A DNA stretch of 64,000 nucleotides from Macrostomum lignano (lineage: Eukaryota): positions 186,001 through 250,000 of the forward strand of contig NIVC01000677.1 of the NCBI GenBank assembly GCA_002269645.1. The letters run 5' to 3'. The position numbers and the translations under genes were made by a program. Shown here piece after piece: positions 47,301 to 58,238 of the stretch. The notes below the pieces were generated by a model. It did no database searches. It was not told the DNA's origin and saw only the letters and a program-made list of their open reading frames with translations. Numbering within the stretch: the first letter of the stretch is position 1; every line of letters begins with the position of its first letter.

Positions 47301-49039
47301 GCAGCTTGGCATATAGAGATTGCCAAGACTAGCAGGTGGGACCAAAAGTTCCAAGTCCCAACAATCAATCTACATGTACATAATTAACATACAAAAATAA
47401 TTAAATTTGCATTTGTCGTAGTCTCAATGTACATAGTTACAATAACTAAATTTTGATCAGAAAAAATAGTTGGCACGCGACCTTTACAAAAAAATAGAAA
47501 ACTAAATTTAAAAAACCGGGCCTAACTTTTGTAGGAAAGTAAAAGTAAAACAAAAATAGTTAAAATGAACTAGTTCCCTACAGTTTGGTAAAAAGATTTT
47601 CAGTTTTAGCATATAAGTTGTTAAAATATTAAAATTTTGCAAGTTTTTTATTTTAGTTGTAATTTGTAATTTTTAATTTTGGCATCTTTTTGTATGGGAT
47701 AAAAAGTTCGTTGGCATACATTGGCATGCATGAGCTATGGAAGCAATTTTCATTCTGGCATACAGTGGTACACAATCTTGACCCTGGGGCTGGTATTGCA
47801 GCAAAAAATGACCTTTTTTAGCATTGCGATAGTAAATGGCCTTTTTGCCTTATATAGAAGATTATTACTCACTAGGCCTATTCAGCTAATAATTTGGCTA
47901 ATTATTCATCTTTCTTGCTTATTGTATTATTTATTGTAGAAAATCAATATGCTAAAACATTTTTTCAAGGACTACTTAAGAAGAAAGACTGAATAGGGCC
48001 CATTCCAAGTTTGTGGAAAAATTTTTGAAGGCTAAATTATGCAATTGTGCCTTGTATAAACAGATTGATAAAATGAGTAGATTTTTTGCTCAGGATATAC
48101 AGTTTCATATGCTTTTTTGATTGCTGCATGGGCTTTTATTTATTCCTTCCAGAATACAAAAAATGACTTTAATGCCTTTCAATATGAAATCTTTACTTCT
48201 TTTTGGCAGTAAAAAGCAACATATACCACATTTATTAACCAGTAAAATAAGTAATGCTCATAGTCAGTTCAATTAGCTAACCTTTTGACTTTGAAATTAA
48301 GTCAATGCCAAGAAACAAGAGGATTCTTTTAGGTTATTAGGTAAAAATAGGGTACAGAAAGTAATATATTTATGAAATGCAATTGGAAACAAGTAGATGC
48401 ATAGTGCATATTAGAAATAATTAGAGATTTGAAATATTGACTGGACAAAAGCTCTAATCTAAATTCCACTAAAGCTATTGCAAGAAAGATATAAAGACAA
48501 TTTTGGGCAGTTGCTATCAAAATGAAAACATAAATAATGTAAACTCATTCTAAGAACATCACAAAAAACAATTGAATTTCACAGATCAGTAAAAATAAAA
48601 TTGCTTAAAAAACTATACACAAATAAAAATTTTAATGATAATTAGCAATATTCAAACAAAAATTAATTCATGGAAACAAAATATAGTATGGTATATTTAT
48701 TAAGCAGATTATGAGACTTTAAGAATTGACTGTTGCTTTGAAGAATATTTATCTATTCAAGGATCATGTCACAATTGGGCCACCATAATCCCAACCCACC
48801 TTAAAGTTTAGTCTTTGAACTAATAGACATCAAAAACTCCATTGTACAATTAAAACAATATAGAAGTAGAATTTATTATTAAAGTTATCCTAGAAACTAA
48901 TTCTGTCAATGACATTGAATGGGTCTCAACAGATCCATTTCAGTTCTTAACTTTTTTTCAGGCGACCCTAATTTATTCACTTGCCTGATTTTTTAATGCT
49001 CGCAACCCCTTAATAGTCAATATAATGCATCATTAAGTA

Positions 49040-50008
49040 CTTCGAGTGTGTCATAAGTAATGTCACTGATGTGAAAACAAACGAACTTGCAATCGCAGAT
49101 GAACAAAACTGTACCACTCAACAACATAGAGTCCCCCAATATCAATCACCTTCTGGCAGTGCTCATACAGCTTGTCCACCTCAGCCTGCAGGTGTTTTTC
49201 CTCCAACTGCCATAACCAGTGCAACGCGGCCTGTTTTACATCTTCATGGTTTGCGAAACTCTTCTTGGAAAAGTCAGCCTTCAGCCATTTGAACAGGAAT
49301 CTCTTGCAAAAGTTGAAGTCTGGGCTGTAGGGACTGTCAGAGCATATTCACTCGCCGTGCAGGCAGAAAATTCGAAACAGCCTTCAGGTGTGCAGCCGTG
49401 CGGTGTCCATCTGCCACAGAACCTCGTCCAGGTGACATGGATTTGACCGGAGAGTGCACCAGAGGTCCCCAGTGTGCCGGAAAAAGTCGATAAAGTACTG
49501 GCCATTGACCTTGGTGTTCGGTGGAGTTGTGCAGATGGAGACTCGTTTGTTTGGCGTGAAGGCTACCAGCAGCATGGTCTTCTTGTCCGAGATGGACTTC
49601 CTAGTCACCATCGGCCTGGAGTCCCCAGCTCCCAACCAGCAGCGATTGTCTGCCTTGCTGCCCTTGCCATCCAGGTGGAGCCAGCTTTCATCCTCAGCAA
49701 CCAGGCAGTTTAGGATGTCATTCAAGCCCCGGCTGCTGAACACCTTGCGAATCTGCTTGGTGCAGGCGTCTTGTCGAGATTCATGGTGATTTTTGTTCGC
49801 TGCATGGACGATTTTTCATCGCGTTGCACTTGCTAAATCTGCTTGGCGTATTCTTGCGATAGCTTGGGCCATAAACAACCTATGCACGTCTCAAATGCAC
49901 TGGTATTGCTTCACTAAGTATACTTTGCAGCTACACTACCCACAAGTCCATGTGCCTACATATTTTAGACAGAGGCCTGCAGTGACATTACTTATGACAC
50001 ACCCGAAG
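49040..50008 (-). mobile_element. Internally deleted mariner transposon, 969 bp
   Basis: 29-bp TIRs CTTCG(A/G)GTGTGTCATAAGTAATGTCACTG with TA TSDs. Broken transposase with LVAEDESW, QMDTARLH and YSPDFNFCKRFLFKWLK. Confidence 0.88.
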
Positions 50009-51987
50009 TATGATGTACTCACACATTTCTTAGTGCTGCGACCCCAAGAAAATGGTCACGCAACCCACAGGTTGAGAACAACTGGTCTAACTTATCTGCA
50101 ACTTGGGCTTGCTGACTTAGTAGTACCCCACACTTTGTAGCTCTCTTGCTCTGAAATGATAGCAATGCAAGCTAAGTTATAACATCAACATGTAATATAG
50201 CATTAACCGATGATGCAACCGGCTCAACGTGGGCAGCCGGTCTGGCAGGACGACCCCGCGATTCAGGCAGCGAGGGAAGATCTGGAGAGGCTCCGCTTGA
50301 GCAGGCGACCAACCCGCGAGGCAGAGGCAGCTCTGGTGGCTGTCTACCTGCAGCGCCAACAAGCGGCTGTCGATGAAACCATTTAGGCTGTCTCTGCCGC
50401 TGGGCCCGATGCCAGAGGGCGCGTGGCCTGGTCCGCCATCAACGCTCTGACGGGGCGAAAGCGGCGCAATCCGCTGAACCTGGCTGGTGACACTCCGGAT
50501 GAGCGCAGGAATGAGCTGCGCGAGTTCTTCGCCGCCATCGTCAACGCGCCGTCACCCCCGCTGCCAGACAGTCTGACACTGCCGCCGGAGACGCCGTTGC
50601 CGGCAGAGGAGAGTTTCAGCGTAGCCCCAGTCAACGCAGCCGACGTTGTCAAGCTCGCCCAGCAGTCACCGGGCGGGAAAGCGCTGGGTCCGGACGAGGT
50701 GCCCATCGAGGCGCTGCGCATCCCCTGTGTGGCCGCTGAGGTCGCCAGAGTGATGAACCGCGTGCTCTTCGGTGAGGCGGCGCCCAACGAATGGACCACG
50801 GCGCACATCGTCGCTGTTCCAAAGAAGCCGGGCACCACTATGCTTGAAGACCATCGAGGCATCTGCCTTCAGTCCTGTGCAGCGAAGCTGTTCAACCGGA
50901 TGCTGCTTTCGCGGTTGCAGCCAGTGCTGGATCCGTACCTGCGCCCAGAGCAGAACGGGTTCCGGCCCCATCGCGGCACAGTGGCGCAGATCCTGGCTCT
51001 TCGCCGAGTCATCGAGGAGGCGCGGATTCACCAGTCGATCCTGATTCTAATCTTTATCGATTTCAAGAAGGCATTCGACTCGGTTGTCAGAGCCGTGCTT
51101 CCAATGGTGCTCCGCGCGTACAACGTGCCTGAGCAGCTGATCTCCGCCATCATGGCGATGTACCGTGATACGTCAGCTGCTGTGACAACACCGGACGGCC
51201 TATCGGACTCCTTTAAGACATCCTCCGGAGTGCTTCAGGGAGATACGCTGGCGCCGTTCCTGTTCGTCCTGGTGCTCGACTGGGTGCTGCGGACTGCTCT
51301 ACCTACCGACGACGACGGCTTTCTGCTGCGGCGACGCGTGGGTCGACGTCAACCGGAGAAGCGGCTCAGCGTGCTTGGCTACGCCGACGACCTCGCCCTG
51401 CTGTCTTCGACCGTCGAGGGCGCCCAACGGCAGCTGGACAGGCTAGTTGCCGTTGCGGCGAGCGTCGGCCTGGTGGTCAACACGCAGAAGACCGTTGTGC
51501 TCTGCGTGCCGGACGACATCGAGGCTGAAATTTTCTGCCGAGGCGCTGACGGGCAGGCGACCGAGCTGCCGCGATGTCAGCAGTTCGTCTACCTCGGCGG
51601 TCTGGTTCCAGACGCTCGCGAGGACCTGCGACGCCACCGCGGGCTTGCCTGGGCTGCCTTTCGTTCTGTGAGGGCAGTCCTGCAGTCCGAGGCCCTACCG
51701 GACCGCCAGAGGGCGGCGCTGTTCCAGGCGGTGATCGAGACCGTCCTGCTCTACAACGCCGAGACCTAGACGCTGAGGGACTCACTCAAACAGCAAGTCG
51801 ATGCGGCGCACGCTGGCCTGCTGCGCGTCGCCTTCAACATCGGTGTCGAGCGAGTCAACAACGCGGCACTCTATCGCCGCGCTGGCCTGCCACGTCCAAG
51901 CGATCTACTGCGCCGTCGGCGACTCCAGCTCGCAGGCCATCTCATCCGCGCCGAGTCGTACTGCCCACAGCCGGTGCAGGAGGTGCT

Positions 51988-54900
51988 TTTTTCTTCTTCT
52001 TCTTCGGGGCGCCTCCGTTCCGGCTAGGCCGATCTGGAGGGGGGCGTGGACCCCGAGGGGAGCCGCCCCATGCTGCGTAGTAGTCCGACGATGGCCTCCG
52101 GGGACCCCATCAGGTCGCTCGGGGCCAGGCCGCTTCTTCTCCGGAAGTGGTCACCGCGGGGGCAGTGGAGGAGCAGATGTTCAGCCGAGTCCTCCGCGCC
52201 GCAATCGGGGCAGGCGGGGGACTGTTCCAAGCCCAGGCGGTGTCTGGTGCTAAAGTTGATGGTGCTGGCGCCGGACCGGAGCTGGTTGACCAGGACCTGG
52301 AGACGTCTGGGGAGGCTCGTCGGCGGCTGCAGTCTCGGCGGCAGGATTCTGGCGTCCAGCTTTCTGCGAGAGCGACGAGCGGCTGCCCTTGCCGCGTCAA
52401 GCTCGATCGGCACCGCCTGTTGGTCGAGCCCGGCCGCGTTGGCGGCGGCGCGGTCGGCCGCCTCGTTGCCGGCGACCCCGCAGTGGGATGGCACCCAAGC
52501 GAAGTGAACAGGGCGGTCCATGGCGATCAGGTTGAGGAGTTTACTCCAGCAGTCCGCGGCAACTGAGTTTTGCTGGCACAGGGGTCCGGCGCTGAGCGCC
52601 TGGATGGCGCTGAGGCTGTCCGTGGCGATAGTTATAGCGCCCGTGGGCGGCGCCGGGTGGCAGGCGATGTCTAAGGCCTCCCTGATGGCGCAGAGTTCTG
52701 TGGTAAAGCTGCTGCAGAGCGCGCCAGCCGCGACGAGGCGGGCGTCGTTGTCCGGTAGCCACTGGGCGATCGCCGCACCGCCTCCGTTCGTGAAACCGCC
52801 AGCCGCGGATCCGTCCGTCCAGATGACGTGTCCGGAGGTCTCCAGTGGGCCGACGATTTGCCTGGCGATGTTGGCTTTCATGGCCGCCGGCATGTCGCGG
52901 CTGATAACCTTGCTGAGCGAGACATCGAACTGGACGCGGCCGGCCTCGGCCACTTCCCAAGGTGGGGGGCCGAGGGGTCGGTGGGCCCGGGGCGTCCTGT
53001 CCAATACCTCGCAACATTCTAGCTCCCACGCCGCGCGCCTCCAGCAGCCGCGGAATCGACGTCGGGCGTCGAGGTCCCTGTCCGGGAGGCGCTGATTGAC
53101 CCCCTCGGCCTGATTCGGCCGGTTGGCGGCTTCGAAGGCGCGGTTTTTGAGGCGCGGGGTGTTGACCGCTGTCGCGGTGCTCTGCGATGGCGATCCGTCC
53201 GGGAGGCGAGCCATCCGCTCCCTCAGCGTGCACGCGCGTTCGATGGCCACGTGGCTGAGGGGCGGCAGCTCGGCGATGCTAAGGAGATTTTCAGTGCGGG
53301 CCGTGGATATGCAGCCAGTAATCAGGCGCGCGCATGCGTTCTGCTGGCGCTCGACTAGGAGCCTGGTGCTCGGTGCCGCTCCCGCGAGCCATACGCCGCT
53401 GCCGTAGTCCGCCACAGCTCGGATAGTGGCAACGTAAACGGTGCGGAGGATGCTCTGCGTCGCGCCCGTTTGCCGGTGTGCGATGGCCTGCAGTGGGCGC
53501 CTTCTGGCAGCCATGCGGCGGCGGGTATCTTTGGCGTGCTCCGCGAACCCAAGGTGGTCGTCGAATTTGACGCCGAGGAAGACCGGGTTGGGCTCGAAAC
53601 GAAGCTCGCTGCCGCCGATGCTGAGTTTGACTCTGGTCTTGCCGCGGTTCTCGTTGGGGCTCAGCGTGAAAGTGCTGTAACTGCACTTCCCAGTGCTGAG
53701 CACGACCTTGTTCTGGTCGCACCAGCGGGCCACGGAGTCCAGAGCCGGTTGCACGGTGTGCCCGCAGCTTTCGATGTCCGTGTGGCGCGCCAGGATGGCC
53801 GAGTCGTCGGCATACAGACTGATCTCGGCTTCCGGCGATGCTTCCGCGATGGCAGTTGGCAGGTCGTTGACGTAGACCAGCCAAAGCAGAGGGGCGATCA
53901 CCGAGCCTTGGGGCAGGCCTTCCCGAAAGATGCGCTCTCTGCTGAGGCTATTGCCGAATCGGACGCGCGCTCTCCTGTCGCTGAGAAAGCTGTTGATCCA
54001 GCGCAGGACGCAGGCGGGGACTCCCAGCTTCTCGAGCTTGCAGATCAGGGACTTCCGCCACACCTTATCGTAGGCTCTGCTGAAGTCGAGTAAACAGAGG
54101 ATCGCTCTAAGCGCGGGAGTCTCTTCCAGCCCGTCGAAGATAAGCTGGGCAATGCGGGCGATCTGCTCTTCGCACGAGCGTCCTTTGCGGAAACCGGCTT
54201 GGACTTTGCTGAGAGTGCCCTTGGATTCCAGCAGGAAGTTCAGCCTTTGGTGCACCAGCCGTTCCGCGACCTTGGCAATGCAGCTGGTGAGGGCGACAGG
54301 GCGATACGAGCCCGGGTCGTCAGCCGGTTTGCCGCGTTTCGGGATCGGGATGATAATCGCCCTGCGCCACTGGTGGGGGCAGTGTCCGCTGAGCCAGGCC
54401 TTGTTGATCAGGTCAAGTAGTCGCTGCTCGGTCTGTTCGGGGAGACGCTTGAGCATCTCGTTGGACACTCCGTCCGGGCCGGGGCTCTTCCTGGATTTCA
54501 GCGACCTCAGGGCCTGCTTAAGTTCCACGGCGGAGAAGGCGCCACAGATCTGCTGTTTGTGGTCGGGCTCGCAGCAGCGCGCTTTGATGGCGGCATAGGC
54601 GCGCCTGTTGACCCCGCGGTCCGACCTCCTGCGCTCCACGCGAGACACGTCCGCGTACAGGGTGCAGAAGGCATCCGCTTTCTCCTTGTCCGTGACCGCA
54701 GTCCTCTGCCGGCGGCATCTGGTCTCATCGGCCGGGATGGCAAGGGCCGCGTTGGGGGGAGGCGGCGGGGGTTCGCCCCGCATCGCCCGGGCCAGACCGA
54801 AAAGGTCGCTGTTGACGGACAGCTCGGCGACTCGTTCGTCCCAGAAGCGGAGCTTCTCGGCCTTGATCGTCTCATCAGCGCGGCGTCTGGCGAGGTGGTA

Positions 54901-56837
54901 CGCCGAGATGTCTTCCACCGTCTTGGTCTGCTCGGCCTTTTTTCGCGCGGCGCTGCACTGGTTGCAGGCGGCGGCACACGTTTCGGTCCAGAAAGGTTTG
55001 CCGGTGTTGCGACGCGCGCCGCGCGGGATACTGCCGGTCGCTGCTGCGAGGATGATGTCGCAGAGCTGTTGGTGGTCCGCGTCCGTGCTCGATTTCTGCG
55101 CGGTGGTGATGCCTTGCAAAGCCTCCTCCTCCGCGTCCAGTCGGGCCGCGTAGGACGTCCAGTCCGCTTTCGCGTAGCTCCACTGGGCCTGTCGTTGGAG
55201 ACGTTTTGCCTGCTTGTCTCTGGAGAGGGTGAAGGTAATAGGCAGGTGGTCGCTTCCGAGGTCCTCGGAGGTGCTCCACGACGTCCTGACGTAGGCGGCA
55301 AGATCGCCGGAGCACCAGGTGATATCCGGGCAGCTCAGGCCGCCTGTCGCCGGGTTGGTCCGCGTGTGGGCATCCTCGCGGTTGCCAAGGTGGAGGCCCC
55401 GGTCGCTAGCCCACCCCTCGATGCTGTCTCCTCTCTCGTCCTCAGGTTGGTGGCTGTCCCAGTGTCCATGGCCATTGAAATCGCCGGCAATCACCGTGCG
55501 GGGCGCGACCGGTATGTCTGACCAGGCTGGGAGCCAGTTGTCCTCCGCACGCTGGTTGCTATTGGGCAGAGCGTAGACCGTCACCAATTGGATCTGGCCA
55601 ATGGCAGCCGGGCAGATGGTCACCGCCGCGTAGTCGAGCAGGCTGCCCTTGCTGGCTTCAGGGTTCTTGAAGGGGACGTCATCGCGAACCAGGATCAGCA
55701 CTCCTCCCCTCCCCGTCGGGCGCTGTTTGTTTTTGCAGTTTTTTGGCTTTCGGCCGTTCGGGGCAGGTTCGGCGTCGCCCTCAGGTTGAGGAGGGGGCGG
55801 CGGGTCGGGCCGGCTGGCTCCCCCGGCGGGTCGGGGGGCTTGAGCGTTCCGACGCTGAGCTGGGGGCTGGTTCGCGTGTCTACAGCACGGGCCTTCGAAT
55901 GACACTGGGTATTGCTTGATGGTAGCGAGGCCGCTGCATTTGAGGTGGAGCCACCCGCTGCAGTTGGTGCACTGGACGCTGTAGCTGTTCCTGCGGATGG
56001 CCTTGCTGCAGTCCGAACAGTGCCACCGGCCTGCTTTCTTGTTGGCCGGCCCGCTCTCCAACGCTCTCCGCGCTTCCGGCGGGTCCGGAGGAGTGCGGAC
56101 CGGAGGGTCGTCAGATGGGGCAGGCCACGGGAGATCACGGTTGGAGCAGGCGGAGCGGCCACTTCTGCAGCCGTTGCACCAGCCGGTCTTGTCCTGGGGC
56201 CATCGGAGGCGGCACCTAGGACGAGTGAGGCGGCGGGTGGTCGGAGCCTCCTCTCCAACAGGCATTCCATCGTTAGTTCTCTGGGTGGTATTCGCGGTGG
56301 CGGCGGGCTCGGGATCGTGTTTGGCCTCGCCGTCTTTCCGGGCCGCCACGTGGTAGCCCTGTGGCGGGTGGAAGGCCGCTCCTGGGCGAAGCTTGGTCTC
56401 CTGGAGCAGGACAGCGACGGGTTGGGTGCGGGCAAGTCTTGCGGCTAGCTCCGTGCGGCGGGCCTGCAGTCCGTTGCAATTGAACTGGAGGACCTGGAGT
56501 TCTGGGCCGGACCTGTGTCCCCTTCCTCGCTTTTTGCTGCTTCTGGTCTGGTGGGGCGGAGCTGTAACGTTACTGTCGCCTCCGCGTAGACGGAGAACCC
56601 GATGCAGGTTGGCGTTGTCATCTGGGGCGGCCGGAGGGTCGTCGTTGACTCGGTTGGAATTTTCGCAGCATCCCCGTAAAGAGCGACATTTCGTCATCCG
56701 GTAGGGCGAATTACAGTCTCCGGAGTCCAGGGGCGCGTCGTGGACGCAGTCGCATGCCACAGGAGGTTGATGGCCCTCCTGCACCGAACCCTCAGCCGGC
56801 CCGATCGGGGTATCGGTCCGCTTTACCATTCGGTCCC
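51988..56837 (-). mobile_element. Full-length single-ORF Ingi-like non-LTR retrotransposon, 4850 bp
   Basis: 12-bp TSD GCAGGAGGTGCT (51976-51987 and 56838-56849), a 3' (GAA)n+A tail, and one uninterrupted ORF. Confidence 0.93.
52024..56829 (-). CDS. Retrotransposon polyprotein, 1601 aa: leader-LRLRGG / APE endonuclease with inserted PHD finger / RT / RNase H / CCHC zinc finger
   Basis: APE motifs VLQFNCNGL, LLQETK, IAGDFNGH, DITW, SDH. RT motifs LDFSRAYDKV, GLPQGSVIAP, YADD. RNase H motifs WTDGS, TDSLS, WVPSHCGVAGNEAAD. C-terminal CPDC...HLLLHC. Confidence 0.95.
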   Translation of the reverse strand: MVKRTDTPIGPAEGSVQEGHQPPVACDCVHDAPLDSGDCNSPYRMTKCRSLRGCCENSNRVNDDPPAAPDDNANLHRVLRLRGGDSNVTAPPHQTRSSKKRGRGHRSGPELQVLQFNCNGLQARRTELAARLARTQPVAVLLQETKLRPGAAFHPPQGYHVAARKDGEAKHDPEPAATANTTQRTNDGMPVGEEAPTTRRLTRPRCRLRWPQDKTGWCNGCRSGRSACSNRDLPWPAPSDDPPVRTPPDPPEARRALESGPANKKAGRWHCSDCSKAIRRNSYSVQCTNCSGWLHLKCSGLATIKQYPVSFEGPCCRHANQPPAQRRNAQAPRPAGGASRPDPPPPPQPEGDAEPAPNGRKPKNCKNKQRPTGRGGVLILVRDDVPFKNPEASKGSLLDYAAVTICPAAIGQIQLVTVYALPNSNQRAEDNWLPAWSDIPVAPRTVIAGDFNGHGHWDSHQPEDERGDSIEGWASDRGLHLGNREDAHTRTNPATGGLSCPDITWCSGDLAAYVRTSWSTSEDLGSDHLPITFTLSRDKQAKRLQRQAQWSYAKADWTSYAARLDAEEEALQGITTAQKSSTDADHQQLCDIILAAATGSIPRGARRNTGKPFWTETCAAACNQCSAARKKAEQTKTVEDISAYHLARRRADETIKAEKLRFWDERVAELSVNSDLFGLARAMRGEPPPPPPNAALAIPADETRCRRQRTAVTDKEKADAFCTLYADVSRVERRRSDRGVNRRAYAAIKARCCEPDHKQQICGAFSAVELKQALRSLKSRKSPGPDGVSNEMLKRLPEQTEQRLLDLINKAWLSGHCPHQWRRAIIIPIPKRGKPADDPGSYRPVALTSCIAKVAERLVHQRLNFLLESKGTLSKVQAGFRKGRSCEEQIARIAQLIFDGLEETPALRAILCLLDFSRAYDKVWRKSLICKLEKLGVPACVLRWINSFLSDRRARVRFGNSLSRERIFREGLPQGSVIAPLLWLVYVNDLPTAIAEASPEAEISLYADDSAILARHTDIESCGHTVQPALDSVARWCDQNKVVLSTGKCSYSTFTLSPNENRGKTRVKLSIGGSELRFEPNPVFLGVKFDDHLGFAEHAKDTRRRMAARRRPLQAIAHRQTGATQSILRTVYVATIRAVADYGSGVWLAGAAPSTRLLVERQQNACARLITGCISTARTENLLSIAELPPLSHVAIERACTLRERMARLPDGSPSQSTATAVNTPRLKNRAFEAANRPNQAEGVNQRLPDRDLDARRRFRGCWRRAAWELECCEVLDRTPRAHRPLGPPPWEVAEAGRVQFDVSLSKVISRDMPAAMKANIARQIVGPLETSGHVIWTDGSAAGGFTNGGGAAIAQWLPDNDARLVAAGALCSSFTTELCAIREALDIACHPAPPTGAITIATDSLSAIQALSAGPLCQQNSVAADCWSKLLNLIAMDRPVHFAWVPSHCGVAGNEAADRAAANAAGLDQQAVPIELDAARAAARRSRRKLDARILPPRLQPPTSLPRRLQVLVNQLRSGASTINFSTRHRLGLEQSPACPDCGAEDSAEHLLLHCPRGDHFRRRSGLAPSDLMGSPEAIVGLLRSMGRLPSGSTPPSRSA

Positions 56838-57947
56838 GCAGGAGGTGCTGCTGCTCACGCTGCAGGCACCCTACCGGCGAGGCACCCTACCTACTTGGCG
56901 TTACGTCGACTGTCTGCTGGCTGACGCCGGCGCCCCGGACACTGCCGTTGCGCGGCCTTTGTTCGCGCCCAAGCCATGAAGCGCGCCCTGTGGCGCTGAC
57001 TTTTGCCATCCTGACAGCGTATTTTGTTGTTGTTGTTGCATAAATCGCATTAGCATAAATATGTCGGATAAGCATAGATGCAATTAATAACCCTGAAAAT
57101 TAGAAAAAAAACATACTTGATGCAGTTTGTTGCTATGTACTTTGTCAAAAGCTAGGAAACATATTAGGAGGATCAATGGGATATAGTCAAACTGCTTCAC
57201 TTTCATTGAGGTCATGTGGCCAATGTGATTTATAGACACCCATGACTTTAAAATTGCCTGAAATAGTTATAAAGAAATGAAAGTATATTCTCATATTGGA
57301 ACATTCATGTTCATCCTTGGGAAATCCAAAGTCTATTGTCTTCTTATGCTTAGTATAATTCCTTTTGCAACCTAGTATGCAGCATTTAGTTGGCATCAAA
57401 CAATTTGCTTAGCAATTAGTTGACACCCAGAATTTCAAAGTGCTAAAATGTGGATCTAAAATATCAATATATTTTACCTGTTGCAGCTGAATTATTATGG
57501 CCTACTAAATTTTAGAAGACCAAGAAATATAATAGTGAATATGAAATGCAATTAAATAATAATTTAATACTTATTTTTTAGCTATACAATCCTTAAAAAG
57601 TATATTCATTATATACTAAGGATAGAATGATGATTATAACTATAAATAAAATATAGAATTATTTTCATAAGAAATATATAGAGGCATGGAGCCTTAATAT
57701 GCAACATTTTGACTTGCAATATATTGTTCAACCTAAAATAAAAGTATTAAGCCACTTTGGCCACATTACTCTTTATTACTTTCTTAAACTGTTTACTAAG
57801 AAAAATAATTGGAAAAGTCAATTTTGAATAACAATTTTATTTATCTAAACCATGTCTGCAACTATTGGCATTGGTAGTTAGGTAAGTAGTTAGGCAGGTA
57901 GGCTATTGAAAACTCTATAACTTTCTCATAGTTTATAGCAATAGGTA

Positions 57948-58238
57948 CATACATGCACAACAGTCGGCCGAGTCGGCTGACCAATTTGGCAGCCAACCAA
58001 TCAATGTAAGTCACAAAAATGCCCACCTGAATAAATACCCAAGTAGTACTAAGTAGATAACAAGACATTTTGCCTTAATAAGACAATCATAGTTACTCCT
58101 GCCGTTTACCCAAAGTTGAGTTAATTTTGCTTTAGTGTTTCTTTTACATGTAAGTTGCATTTTTGGCCAAAAACGACGTCACTTTTTGTTAAAACTAAGT
58201 TGCACGGCTGACCAAATTTTGGAGGTTGCGCATGTATG
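57948..58238. mobile_element. hAT-type MITE, 291 bp (same family as 34691-34990)
   Basis: Same TIRs, with an 8-bp TSD AATAGGTA on both sides. Confidence 0.9.

Larger units (their letters stand above)
50200..57040 (+). mobile_element. 5'-truncated RTE-like LINE (50200-51987 plus 56850-57040), interrupted by a nested LINE
   Basis: RT ORF 50423-51769 (IDFKKAFDSV, GVLQGDTLAPFLF, YADD) has a TGG>TAG stop. The frame rejoins across the insertion (QPVQEV|LLLTLQ), and the element ends in a (TTG)n tail. Confidence 0.92.

Noticed and set aside
44400-49030. Short ORFs in the AT-rich blocks (also 32.3-37.2 kb and 57.0-59.3 kb)
   Set aside because: Low-complexity, I/L/F/K-rich chance frames with no domain motifs or splice support.
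56660-56837. HDV-like or hammerhead ribozyme at the LINE 5' end
   Set aside because: I could not assemble P2/P3/P1.1 of an HDV fold by eye, and CGGAUGA-C-GAAA breaks the hammerhead CUGAUGA core and lacks stem II. A covariance-model search is needed.
52046-56979. Many 60-320 aa ORFs overlapping the LINE, BLM and kinase exons in other frames
   Set aside because: Expected shadow ORFs of GC-rich coding DNA, with no independent motifs.
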